A stretch of DNA of 64,000 bases from Candidatus Bathyarchaeota archaeon (lineage in GTDB: Archaea > Thermoproteota > Bathyarchaeia > TCS64), in assembly GCA_963769425.1 (NCBI GenBank), contig CAVYLP010000006.1, forward strand, positions 608,001 to 672,000. The letters are read 5' to 3'. Both the position numbers and the translations under genes were made by a program. Within the stretch, counting starts at the first letter, position 1. Each line of letters starts with the position of its first letter. Shown in pieces: positions 19,038 through 27,755 of this stretch. The notes beneath the pieces are model-generated. The model did not search any database. It saw nothing but the letters and a program-made list of their open reading frames with translations, and was not told where the DNA came from.

Positions 19038-20672
19038 ATGGCAACCGAGAGGCTCGCCGCCAAGCTTAGGGGCTTCGGGCTCGAGAAGGATGAGGCGGAG
19101 ATCTACGTCTTCATCTCCGCATCGGGCCCTACCCCCGCCAGGGTCGTGGCGAGGAGGTTCAACCTCAACCGCATGAAGGCCTACAGGAGCCTCAAGGCGC
19201 TGGAGGAGAAGGAGTTCGTCCAGCGCGTCATGGGTAGGCCGGTGAAGTTCGTCGCCGCCCCCCTTAGGGTCGTCATCGACCGCCAGATGGGTAGCCTCCA
19301 CCAGACGATCTCTGACCTCGAAGCGAACCAAGACGCCTTCATCCGGGAGTGGGAGAACCTCGCGAGCGGCTCGGAGCAGCGCCCGGAGGAGCCGAGGTTC
19401 CGCATCTTCCAGGGGAGGCAGCAGGTCTTCGAGTTACTACTGGAGATGTACGACAGGGCGCATGATACAGTCAGGCTAGTCACGACGACGAGTGACCTCG
19501 CCCGCCTCAGCCTCTGGGGGCTCGACGACAAGCTGAAGGCGCTGAACAGGCAGGGGAAGAAGATCAGGGTCCTCACTCAGATCGACTCGGAGAACTGGAA
19601 GGAGGTCGAGCCTTACAGTGGTTTCGCGGAGACCCGACATATTACCCTTCAGACACCGATCAGGTTCGCCATCATAGATGGTGGTGAGGCCCTGACAACC
19701 GTCGCCATGGACGACTCTATGAGCATGACGACGAGCGCCGACACTGGCCTCTGGACGGACGCGCCGAGCTACGTGGCGGCCCTCGGGATATTCTTCGATG
19801 CCCTTTGGAGCCTCGCACCTGACGCGGAGTCGGTTATAGAGTCACTGAAGACGGGGGAGCCGACCCCCGAGATCAGGACGTACACGACCCAGGAGGAGTA
19901 TGTCTCCATCTTCAGGGGCATGATCGCCAAAGCCACTAGGACGGTAGACATCATTGCTAGGAACGCGACGATGCTCCCGGTGCCGCTCTCGGGGCTCGAG
20001 GAGGTGGCGGGTAGGGGTGTAAACGTGAGGCTGCTCACCCGAACGGATGAGGAGACCCTACCAGAGGTGAGCAGGATCGCCGATACGCCAATAGTCGTAT
20101 CGGAGAACGCCGCCGTCACCGACCTCGTCTTCCTCGCCGTCGACGGGAAGGAGGTTCTCCTTAATGTGCCCCACGCCGAGTCGCAGAAGCGTACCATCTG
20201 GTCCAACATGCCCGCCTACGTGGGCACAATGCTGCTCGTCTTCAAGGACTACTGGGAGCTAGGTAAGCCTCTGCAGGAGAGGCTGCGCCTCGCTGCCCAG
20301 CGGCGGAGGGCGGAGCTTCTATCCAAGAAGATCCGTGAGGGATTCGAGGGTGCGGGCTGGGCGGCGGAGACTCCCGGCGTCGTCGCCGGCACATCTTCCA
20401 AGAGCTACACCTTCGACGTCCTCGCAAGGGACCCCGCCAACACGGACAGCCGCCTCTGCATCGATGTGGTCGTGAACGAGCCCGTCTATAACAAGATAAT
20501 CGAGAGGAGCAACGTCGTCCCCGACCTGGCTGCCTCAAGATACGTCATCGCCTCCATGATGCCCTTCAAGACGGAGGAGCTGAGGCTCGCCGAACTGTAC
20601 CGCATCAGGATTATCCACTCGGACACGGAGGAGGGGCTCGTCTCCTCCCTCGTCAAGCTGGTGCAGAGATAG
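19038..20672 (+). CDS. TrmB family transcriptional regulator, multidomain
   Basis: N-terminal TrmB wHTH (FGLEKDEAEIY...KAYRSLKALEEK..GRPVKFVA), two TrmB/PLD-like effector domains, extra C-terminal domain. Confidence 0.85.
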   Translation: MATERLAAKLRGFGLEKDEAEIYVFISASGPTPARVVARRFNLNRMKAYRSLKALEEKEFVQRVMGRPVKFVAAPLRVVIDRQMGSLHQTISDLEANQDAFIREWENLASGSEQRPEEPRFRIFQGRQQVFELLLEMYDRAHDTVRLVTTTSDLARLSLWGLDDKLKALNRQGKKIRVLTQIDSENWKEVEPYSGFAETRHITLQTPIRFAIIDGGEALTTVAMDDSMSMTTSADTGLWTDAPSYVAALGIFFDALWSLAPDAESVIESLKTGEPTPEIRTYTTQEEYVSIFRGMIAKATRTVDIIARNATMLPVPLSGLEEVAGRGVNVRLLTRTDEETLPEVSRIADTPIVVSENAAVTDLVFLAVDGKEVLLNVPHAESQKRTIWSNMPAYVGTMLLVFKDYWELGKPLQERLRLAAQRRRAELLSKKIREGFEGAGWAAETPGVVAGTSSKSYTFDVLARDPANTDSRLCIDVVVNEPVYNKIIERSNVVPDLAASRYVIASMMPFKTEELRLAELYRIRIIHSDTEEGLVSSLVKLVQR

Positions 20673-20873
20673 AGCCTACAAACCTTTTTATTCGCATCAC
20701 TGTTTGGATAGCTTACATCCCAACTGGGAGGATGGAACATGGGGTATTGCTTTGTCGAGCCCCCGACCACGGGGGAGAGTTGAATGGGGAATCGCATTCT
20801 TAGTCCCTAGATTCCCGTCCGAGACCGAGTTATGGATTGAAGATCCAAGGAACACTTCTGGAGGATTCCATGC

Positions 20874-22559
20874 ATGCCTGAGATGACCGGCGCCGAGGCA
20901 TACGTCAAAGCGCTTGAGAAGGAGGGCGTCGAGTATATCTTCGGGATAACCGGCGCCGCGATCATACCGATCTGCGATGAGTTGCTGAAGTCGAAGATGC
21001 GCTACGTCGGGGGTGTCCACGAGCAGGGCTCGACCCACATGGCTGACGGCTACGCGCGCGTCTCTGGGAGGCCCGGAGTCGTGCAGGTGACGAGCGGCCC
21101 GGGTGCCACGAATATAGTGACCGGACTCGCCACGGCGCAGCTCGACTCGTCGCCCGTCGTCGCACTCACTGGGCAGGTCCCACTCAGTATGGTGGGCACC
21201 GACGCCTTCCAGGAGGTCGACATCATAGGCATCACTGCGTCCGTCACCAAGCACAACATACAGGTCATGGAGGCGGCGGAGATACCGCACGCCATCAAGT
21301 CGGCCTTCTACATCTCATCTACCGGTAGAAAGGGCGCGGTCCTCGTCGACATACCGAAGGACACACAGACCGACAAGGCCGAGATGACCTTCCCCGACAG
21401 CGTTGAGTTCAGAGGCTACCACCCGAACACTGAGCCAAATCCCCAGGAGATGCACTGGGCCGCGACGCTCCTCACAAAGGCGCGGAGACCCGTAATAATC
21501 GCCGGCGGGGGGGCCGTGGCATCCGGAGCCACTGCTGAGCTCGTCGAGCTAGCCGAGATGCTGCAGGCGCCCGTCGCCCACAGCCTAATGGGCAAGGGCG
21601 CGATTCCGAGCAACCACCCGCTCTGCCTCGGCCTGTGCGGCATGCACGGCCGCGTCGAGGCGAACTACATCGTCCCCGAGGCCGATGTCCTCCTAGTGGT
21701 CGGGGCTCGCTTCAGCGACCGCACAACCGGCTCCCTCAGCGGCTTCGCTCCTAACGCGAGGATAATCCACATCGACGTGGACAGGAGCGAGATAGACAAG
21801 AACGTCGACAGCATCACCCGAATAGTCGGTGATGCGAAGCTCGCCATCCGCGGTATAAGGGAGAAGATTGCCCAGCAGAGGGCTACAGGTCCGACCGACG
21901 CCGCTCTCGTGAAGCGCATAGCCGAGCTCAGGGCGCAGACCAACACGCTGTATACTGACGCTCCACTCTCGGGCCCACAAGTAATAAGGGCCATCAGGAG
22001 GGCGATGCCTCCCGAGAGCATCGTTGTCACAGACGTCGGGCAACACCAGATGTGGGCTGCGCAGCACTATGACGTCCGCGGCCCCGGCGAGTTCTTCACG
22101 AGCGGGGGACTGGGCACGATGGGCTGGGGCACGCCGGCAGCGATAGGGGCGAAGGCAGCGAGGCCAGACCTCCCAGTGCTTAACATCTCGGGAGATGGCA
22201 GCTTCGCCATGACGGAGAACAACCTGGCGCTCGCCGTAGACGAGGGATTCCCGATAACCGTCGTTATTCTGAACAACGGAGTCCTCGGCATGGTCGCTCA
22301 GTGGCAGCGCCTCTTCTATGACCGCAGGTACAGCACCATTAAGAGGCCGAAACACCCGGACTTCGCCAAACTCGCGGAAACCTACGGGGCGACCGGCGTG
22401 AAAGCCGAGTCAATAAAGGACATCGAGACCGCAATAAAACGGAGCATAAAGGAGAAGCATACCACTGTCATCGACGTACCGATCGACCCCGAGGAGAACG
22501 TTTACCCTATGATCCCGCCGGGCATGGGTCTCAAGGACATCCTCTTGGGAGGCGCATGA
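20874..22559 (+). CDS. ilvB: Acetolactate synthase large subunit
   Basis: HEQG..HMADGYAR, TSGPGATN, GTDAFQE, TDVGQHQMW, SGGLGTMG, GDGS...NN TPP motif. Confidence 0.95.
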   Translation: MPEMTGAEAYVKALEKEGVEYIFGITGAAIIPICDELLKSKMRYVGGVHEQGSTHMADGYARVSGRPGVVQVTSGPGATNIVTGLATAQLDSSPVVALTGQVPLSMVGTDAFQEVDIIGITASVTKHNIQVMEAAEIPHAIKSAFYISSTGRKGAVLVDIPKDTQTDKAEMTFPDSVEFRGYHPNTEPNPQEMHWAATLLTKARRPVIIAGGGAVASGATAELVELAEMLQAPVAHSLMGKGAIPSNHPLCLGLCGMHGRVEANYIVPEADVLLVVGARFSDRTTGSLSGFAPNARIIHIDVDRSEIDKNVDSITRIVGDAKLAIRGIREKIAQQRATGPTDAALVKRIAELRAQTNTLYTDAPLSGPQVIRAIRRAMPPESIVVTDVGQHQMWAAQHYDVRGPGEFFTSGGLGTMGWGTPAAIGAKAARPDLPVLNISGDGSFAMTENNLALAVDEGFPITVVILNNGVLGMVAQWQRLFYDRRYSTIKRPKHPDFAKLAETYGATGVKAESIKDIETAIKRSIKEKHTTVIDVPIDPEENVYPMIPPGMGLKDILLGGA

Positions 22560-22560
22560 T

Positions 22561-23055
22561 ATGCCACTGCACACAGTTAGCTTCCTCGTCGAGAACAAGC
22601 CCGGGGTCCTATTCAAGGTCGCCAACCTCTTCAGGCGCCGAGGCTACAACATACAGAGCCTCACCGTCGGCCCCGTCGAGGGGAGCCCACTCAGTAGGAT
22701 GACCGTCGTCGTCGACGCCGAGAGCCGCATCCTCAACCAGATAGTCGAGCAACTCGACAAGATGGTTGACGTCGTCAAGGTGAAGCGCCTTGACCCCATC
22801 AGGACTCTGAGTAGGGAGCTGCTCCTGATTAAGCTGAAGACTTCTGACCCGATAGCGAGGATCGAGGCGGTGAACACTGTGAACGCCTACCACGGCCTCA
22901 TACTCGACGTCGAGCCCGACATCCTCATTGCGGAGGTCACGGGTCCCACCGACGAAATCGACGGGTTCCTGAAGAGGATCGCCCCTATCGGCATCGAGGA
23001 GATGAGCAGAACGGGAGCGGCCGCGATCGAGAGGGGCAACGTCAAGCTCGCATAA
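22561..23055 (+). CDS. ilvN: Acetolactate synthase small (regulatory) subunit
   Basis: VENKPGVL..LFRRRGYNIQSLTVG ACT domain, RELLLIK, SRTG. Confidence 0.95.
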   Translation: MPLHTVSFLVENKPGVLFKVANLFRRRGYNIQSLTVGPVEGSPLSRMTVVVDAESRILNQIVEQLDKMVDVVKVKRLDPIRTLSRELLLIKLKTSDPIARIEAVNTVNAYHGLILDVEPDILIAEVTGPTDEIDGFLKRIAPIGIEEMSRTGAAAIERGNVKLA

Positions 23056-23146
23056 GCTCCGAATGCTCAATTTCAAGTCGTTTTAATGGATCATTTGTCG
23101 CCTTAATCGTCAGTTCTTAATACAGGCGCTGCAATACTCACCCCCC

Positions 23147-24190
23147 ATGTGCCAGCTTGTCGGGTACATCGGCGACAGGCCGATCGCCCCATTCATACTC
23201 ACGGCCCTAGAACTGCAGGAGGCCTACTTCGGCGCGCACGCCACGGGTATGGGCGTAGTCGACCCGAAGGGGAAGATCCAGATCCAGAAGGCGACGGGTC
23301 CAGTCGCCTCCGTGAAGAAGTCGACCAGCATCACGAAGCTCAAGGGGAACGTCGGCATCGGTCACAGCAGGTACAGCCTCATCGCGCGTGAGGACCCTCG
23401 CTGCGATATAGACTCGATGTGCCACCCATTCACCAACGACGCCGGCGACATCGCGATGATGCACAACGGCGACATCGCCAACTTCAAGGAGCACTGGGAC
23501 CTCCTCAAGCCCAACCACAAGTTCAAGGGCTACAACCCCGCCGTCGACTGGATAACCGACAGCGAAGTCGCCGTCCATATGATCGACGAGGAGGTCAAGA
23601 AAGGCGCCGGGTTCGACGAAGCGCTACGCACCGTAATGCCTAAACTCACGGGTCAAGTCCTCTTATGCCTCATATGTGAGAAGGAACCCGACGCCATCTG
23701 GATCGCCAACAGGTGGCAGCCCTGCTACCTTGGCGTCGGAAAGGACGAGGCGATGTGGGTCAGCAGTAAGGTCGGCCTCGAACCCGTCAAGGACGAGCTG
23801 AAGAAGATCTACTCGCCGCCGAAGAACAGCCTCATCAAACTCACCAGGGGCAAGGCGGACGTTCAGATCCTCGACCCAAACTACAAGGTCGCCGACCTGA
23901 AGCTGAACAAGAAGATACTCAAGGAGGGGATACTGAGCATCCTTGGCGTCTCGGACCTCGACTTCCACCGCCTCTGGTACTCACTCGACAAGACCCACTG
24001 GGCAAAGGCATACGGAGTCGACCAGGGTGAGTGGAAGACCCTGCGCCGAGATTACGGCGTCAGCATCGTCAACCCCCTTATAGAGACCCTAGATGAGTTG
24101 ATCGAGGCGGGGAAGGTCGAGAGGAGCATCGACTACCGCCGCGAGGGGTGTACCGCAAAGACGCCGCGGTTCCTCTTCAGCCTAGTTTAA
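23147..24190 (+). CDS. Class II (Ntn) glutamine amidotransferase-domain protein
   Basis: N-terminal MC nucleophile, GIGHSRY, HPF, MHNGDI.N, TDSEV. Confidence 0.85.
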   Translation: MCQLVGYIGDRPIAPFILTALELQEAYFGAHATGMGVVDPKGKIQIQKATGPVASVKKSTSITKLKGNVGIGHSRYSLIAREDPRCDIDSMCHPFTNDAGDIAMMHNGDIANFKEHWDLLKPNHKFKGYNPAVDWITDSEVAVHMIDEEVKKGAGFDEALRTVMPKLTGQVLLCLICEKEPDAIWIANRWQPCYLGVGKDEAMWVSSKVGLEPVKDELKKIYSPPKNSLIKLTRGKADVQILDPNYKVADLKLNKKILKEGILSILGVSDLDFHRLWYSLDKTHWAKAYGVDQGEWKTLRRDYGVSIVNPLIETLDELIEAGKVERSIDYRREGCTAKTPRFLFSLV

Positions 24191-24197
24191 ATTCTTT

Positions 24198-24237
24198 TTA
24201 GGCTAGCCTAACATTTATATTTTAGGCACGCCCTAAA
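24198..24237. promoter_or_regulatory. Two DtxR/MntR-type operator palindromes flanking a TATA box
   Basis: Perfect palindrome TTAGGCTAGCCTAA (24198-24211), TTTATATT, then TTTAGGCACGCCCTAAA (24221-24237), directly upstream of the DtxR-family gene. Confidence 0.8.
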
Positions 24238-24252
24238 TTCCCTCGATAAGCC

Positions 24253-25011
24253 GTGAGCGAGAGCGTCGAGGAGTACCTAGAGGCGATCTACGCCTACAAC
24301 GAGAAGGGAGAGCTTGCGAAAAACCAGGACCTGTCCGAGAGGCTGCGAGTCTCTCCGCCCAGCGTCACAGAGATGACGAAGAAGCTCGCCGAGGAGGGCC
24401 TCGTCACATATGAGCCCTACAAGGGGGTCATGCTTACCGGCAAGGGGATGGCGAAAGCCCAGAGGGTCGTCCGCAAGCACAGGCTACTCGAACGCTTCCT
24501 CCGCGACACACTCGGCATGGGATTGGAGAAAGTGCATGATGAGGCGTGCAGGATGGAGCACTCGATTGGCGAAGAGACCGCCGCTGCCCTCTGCGACTCA
24601 CTCAAGAGCCCAAAGACTTGCCCCGACGATGGAAAACCCATCCCCGCCTGCACCTTAGAGGCGGGTGATTGCTCTCAATGCAAGACTGTAAGGGAGACGG
24701 GGGGAGTTTACAAGCTCCTTACGCAACTCAGCCACCTCAGGCCGGGGGAAGCCGGTGTAGTCGCCTTCGTCCGAGAGACGGGCCACGCATCCCAGAGGAT
24801 AATGGACATGGGGCTATGCCCCGGAACACGTGTACGCGTCGTCAACGCAGCCCCCTTCCATGGCCCGGTGGAGGTCTCCGTCAGGAGCACCAGCCTCGCG
24901 ATCGGCAGGGAGCTAGCCGAGAAGATCTACGTGGAGGTCGAGAATGGTGAGGCGCCAATCCCCCACCCCCACGGCCCGCACCACATCGCCGATAAAGTGA
25001 GTAGCCAATGA
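24253..25011 (+). CDS. DtxR/MntR family metal-dependent regulator with C-terminal FeoA domain
   Basis: EEYLEAIY, VSPPSVTEM, RKHRLLERFL, EACRMEH, CPDDGKPIP; FeoA domain RIMDMGLCPG..APFHGP. Confidence 0.92.
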   Translation: MSESVEEYLEAIYAYNEKGELAKNQDLSERLRVSPPSVTEMTKKLAEEGLVTYEPYKGVMLTGKGMAKAQRVVRKHRLLERFLRDTLGMGLEKVHDEACRMEHSIGEETAAALCDSLKSPKTCPDDGKPIPACTLEAGDCSQCKTVRETGGVYKLLTQLSHLRPGEAGVVAFVRETGHASQRIMDMGLCPGTRVRVVNAAPFHGPVEVSVRSTSLAIGRELAEKIYVEVENGEAPIPHPHGPHHIADKVSSQ

Positions 25012-26980
25012 GCCGAAACGGCGACGAAGAGACCCCGATTAACCGACGACTCACCGTCGCCCTCGCCGGCAACGCGAACGTCGGCAAGAGCGTCATATTC
25101 AACCAGCTAACGGGCCTCCACCAGCACGTCGGTAACTGGCCGGGGAAGACGGTGAAGCGCGCCGAGGGGACCCTCGTTTACGGCGGCTACACCATCGACA
25201 TCGTCGATCTCCCCGGAATATACAGCCTCAGCACCTTCAGCCTCGAGGAGAGGGTGAGCAGGGAGTACATCGCCGTCGAGCACCCCGACGCGCTGATTAA
25301 CGTCGTGGACGCCTCCGCCCTCGAAAGGAACCTCTTCTTCACTGCGCAGCTCCTCGAGCTCGAGCCCCACCTTATTGTGGCTCTGAATCAGATGGACATC
25401 GCCGAGAAGAGGGGAATCCAAGTCGACACTCAGCGACTCTCGGAGCGCCTAGGCGTCCCCGTCGTCCCGACGACGGCGATAAAGAACGAGGGACTCCAGG
25501 AGTTGATGGCCGAGGCGATCAGGATCCATGAAGAGCACTCCGAGACGCCCCACCCCCTAACATTCGGCTCAGAGATAGAGAAGGCGATCCGAGGGCTCAT
25601 CGCCGACCTAGACGGGGTGGAGACCCCGTACCCCCACCGTTGGATCGCGACGAAGCTCCTCGAGGGGGATGAGGAGATCGAGGGCCTCGCTTACGGTGGG
25701 AAACCGGCCCTCAGGGAGCGAGTCGCCGAGGCGCGGAGGGGGATCGAGGAGATACACGGGCACGACGCGGCCAGTGTGATTGCCTCCGAACGCTATGCGC
25801 TGGCGAGTGAGATAGCGGCGGGGGCCTCGTCTCAGGTCGAGCCCCGAAGGGGTCTGTGGAGGGGCGTTCAGGAGGCAACCAGCCACCCGCTCCTCGGTTA
25901 CGCCATAATGATTCTTGTAGTCGTCGGGATGTTCTACTCGATTTTCACCTTCGGGGGCGTCGCTTCAGGGCTACTCGGCGTAGGCTTTGATGCGCTGAAG
26001 TTTATCTACATCAGCGCCGTGGGTCGCGGGCCCATCCAAGACTTTGTCTGGAACGGGGTTATTGAGGGAGTTGTAGCAGGAACGTCCATCGCCCTCCCCT
26101 ACATAGTGCCCTTCTTCCTCGTGCTCAGCCTCCTTGAGGACTCCGGCTACCTGGCCCGGGTTGCGTTCCTCATGGACTCGCTCATGCATAAGATCGGGTT
26201 ACATGGGAAAGGCTTCATCCCGATGATGCTGGGCTTCGGCTGCAACGTACCCGCCTGCCTCGGCTGCTCGATCATGGAGACTGAGAGGGAGAGGCTGATA
26301 TGCGCCTTCGTCTCCAGCCTCGTGCCCTGCGCAGCGAGGAGCATCGTCATAATGGGGTTGGTCGCGACGTACCTCGGCTTCGGCTGGGCCGTCGCCCTCT
26401 ACGCCATCGACTTCGCACTCATCTTCGTCCTCGGCAGGATAGCCTTCAAGGTGCTCCCGGGGGAGCCCGTAGGCCTCATAATGGAGATGCCGAGTTACAA
26501 GTGGCCCACGGCCAAGGTGACGACGCAGCGCACATGGTTCAGGCTCAAGGACTTCGTATACGAGGCGTTCCCGATCATGGTGGCAATGGTAGGGGGAACG
26601 TCGTTATTTATGTCGCCAACGCGGTCGGACTACTCAGCCTCGTCCAGTCGGCGCTGAGCCCTGTGACGGTCCTCTGGCTCGGCCTACCCGCGGCGACGGG
26701 TATAGTCCTCATCTTCGGCGTGCTAAGGAAGGAGCTCACCCTCATCCTACTCGCCTCGATAATGGGGACGACTAACTTCGCCCTCATCCTCACCCCAACT
26801 CAGATGTTCGTCTTCGCCTTCGTCGTTATGATCTACATCCCCTGTATAGCGACTATCGCGGTGCTCGCAAAGGAGTTCGGGGGGAGGACCGCGGCCCTGA
26901 TAAGCCTCGTCGAGGTCGCCCTCGCGGTCGGCCTCGGCGGCGTGCTCTACAGAGTTCTGCTTCTGCTCGGGTTCGGCTAG
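25008..26980 (+). CDS. feoB: Ferrous iron transporter FeoB (frameshifted near 26590)
   Basis: [39 protein letters not shown]; C-terminus (GVLRKE, YIPCIAT) continues in another frame. Confidence 0.9.
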
Positions 26981-27636
26981 ATTGTGCCGTACTTGGCGTA
27001 GACCGTGCTGAGGGTCGAACCGGCGAGGAGCTCCTTCCGGGTCTTCTTCTCGCTGCTCGCTCTCTTTAGAGCGCGCTCGATGGCCTCCTCGATCGCCGTG
27101 TCGGGGACGACTGTGACGCCGTCGATGTCGCCGACAATGAGGTCCCCCTCCTCGACGTTGACTCCGCCGCATCTGATTCTGCACCCGTAACCGATGGCGA
27201 CGACCCGCCCCTTGCTGCTTATCGGGCGGACGCCAGCGGCGAAGACTGGGAACTTCATCTCTTCGATCTGCCTGATGTCCCTGGCGAGGCCGTCGATGAC
27301 GGCGCCCGAGGCACCTCTGCACTGGGCAGCGGTAGAGAGAAGCTCACCCCAGAGTGCTGCCGATGTGGAGCCGTTGGAGGCGACTACCATGAGGTCGTCC
27401 TTCTTCAGGGCGTCTATGCCCTCGAGCTGGAGCTTGAATGTGTCTTGCTCGGGCTCGTGGATGTCCACCATGAGCATCGTGTGCGCTGTACCTACGACGA
27501 CGGCGCCGGGGTATGTGGGGCGTATGCCCTGAGTCATGCACTGGCTCCTTATTCCCATCCCGTCGAGGACGTCGCTGAGGAGGCTTGAGTTGAGCTTCTC
27601 CCTGACTATCTGCAGGTCGACCTTGTCCTTTTTCAC
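26977..27636 (-). CDS. RraA / HMG-aldolase-like family protein
   Basis: SDVLD, ALWGELLSTAA, GAVIDGLARD, GDLIVGDIDGV. Confidence 0.88.
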   Translation of the reverse strand: MKKDKVDLQIVREKLNSSLLSDVLDGMGIRSQCMTQGIRPTYPGAVVVGTAHTMLMVDIHEPEQDTFKLQLEGIDALKKDDLMVVASNGSTSAALWGELLSTAAQCRGASGAVIDGLARDIRQIEEMKFPVFAAGVRPISSKGRVVAIGYGCRIRCGGVNVEEGDLIVGDIDGVTVVPDTAIEEAIERALKRASSEKKTRKELLAGSTLSTVYAKYGTI

Positions 27637-27755
27637 CAAATCAATCGAATATAGAAGCCCAAGGCCAGCCTTTAACATCTTAGGCCCGACAACAAACCCT
27701 TTAAGGTCAAAAAATTCTGTAAGGGGAGTAACCCCCGTCCTTGAGGGTTGTACCG

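Noticed and set aside
26575-26605. Programmed frameshift in feoB
   Set aside because: No canonical slippery heptamer; a local duplication and other indels in the window favour sequence error
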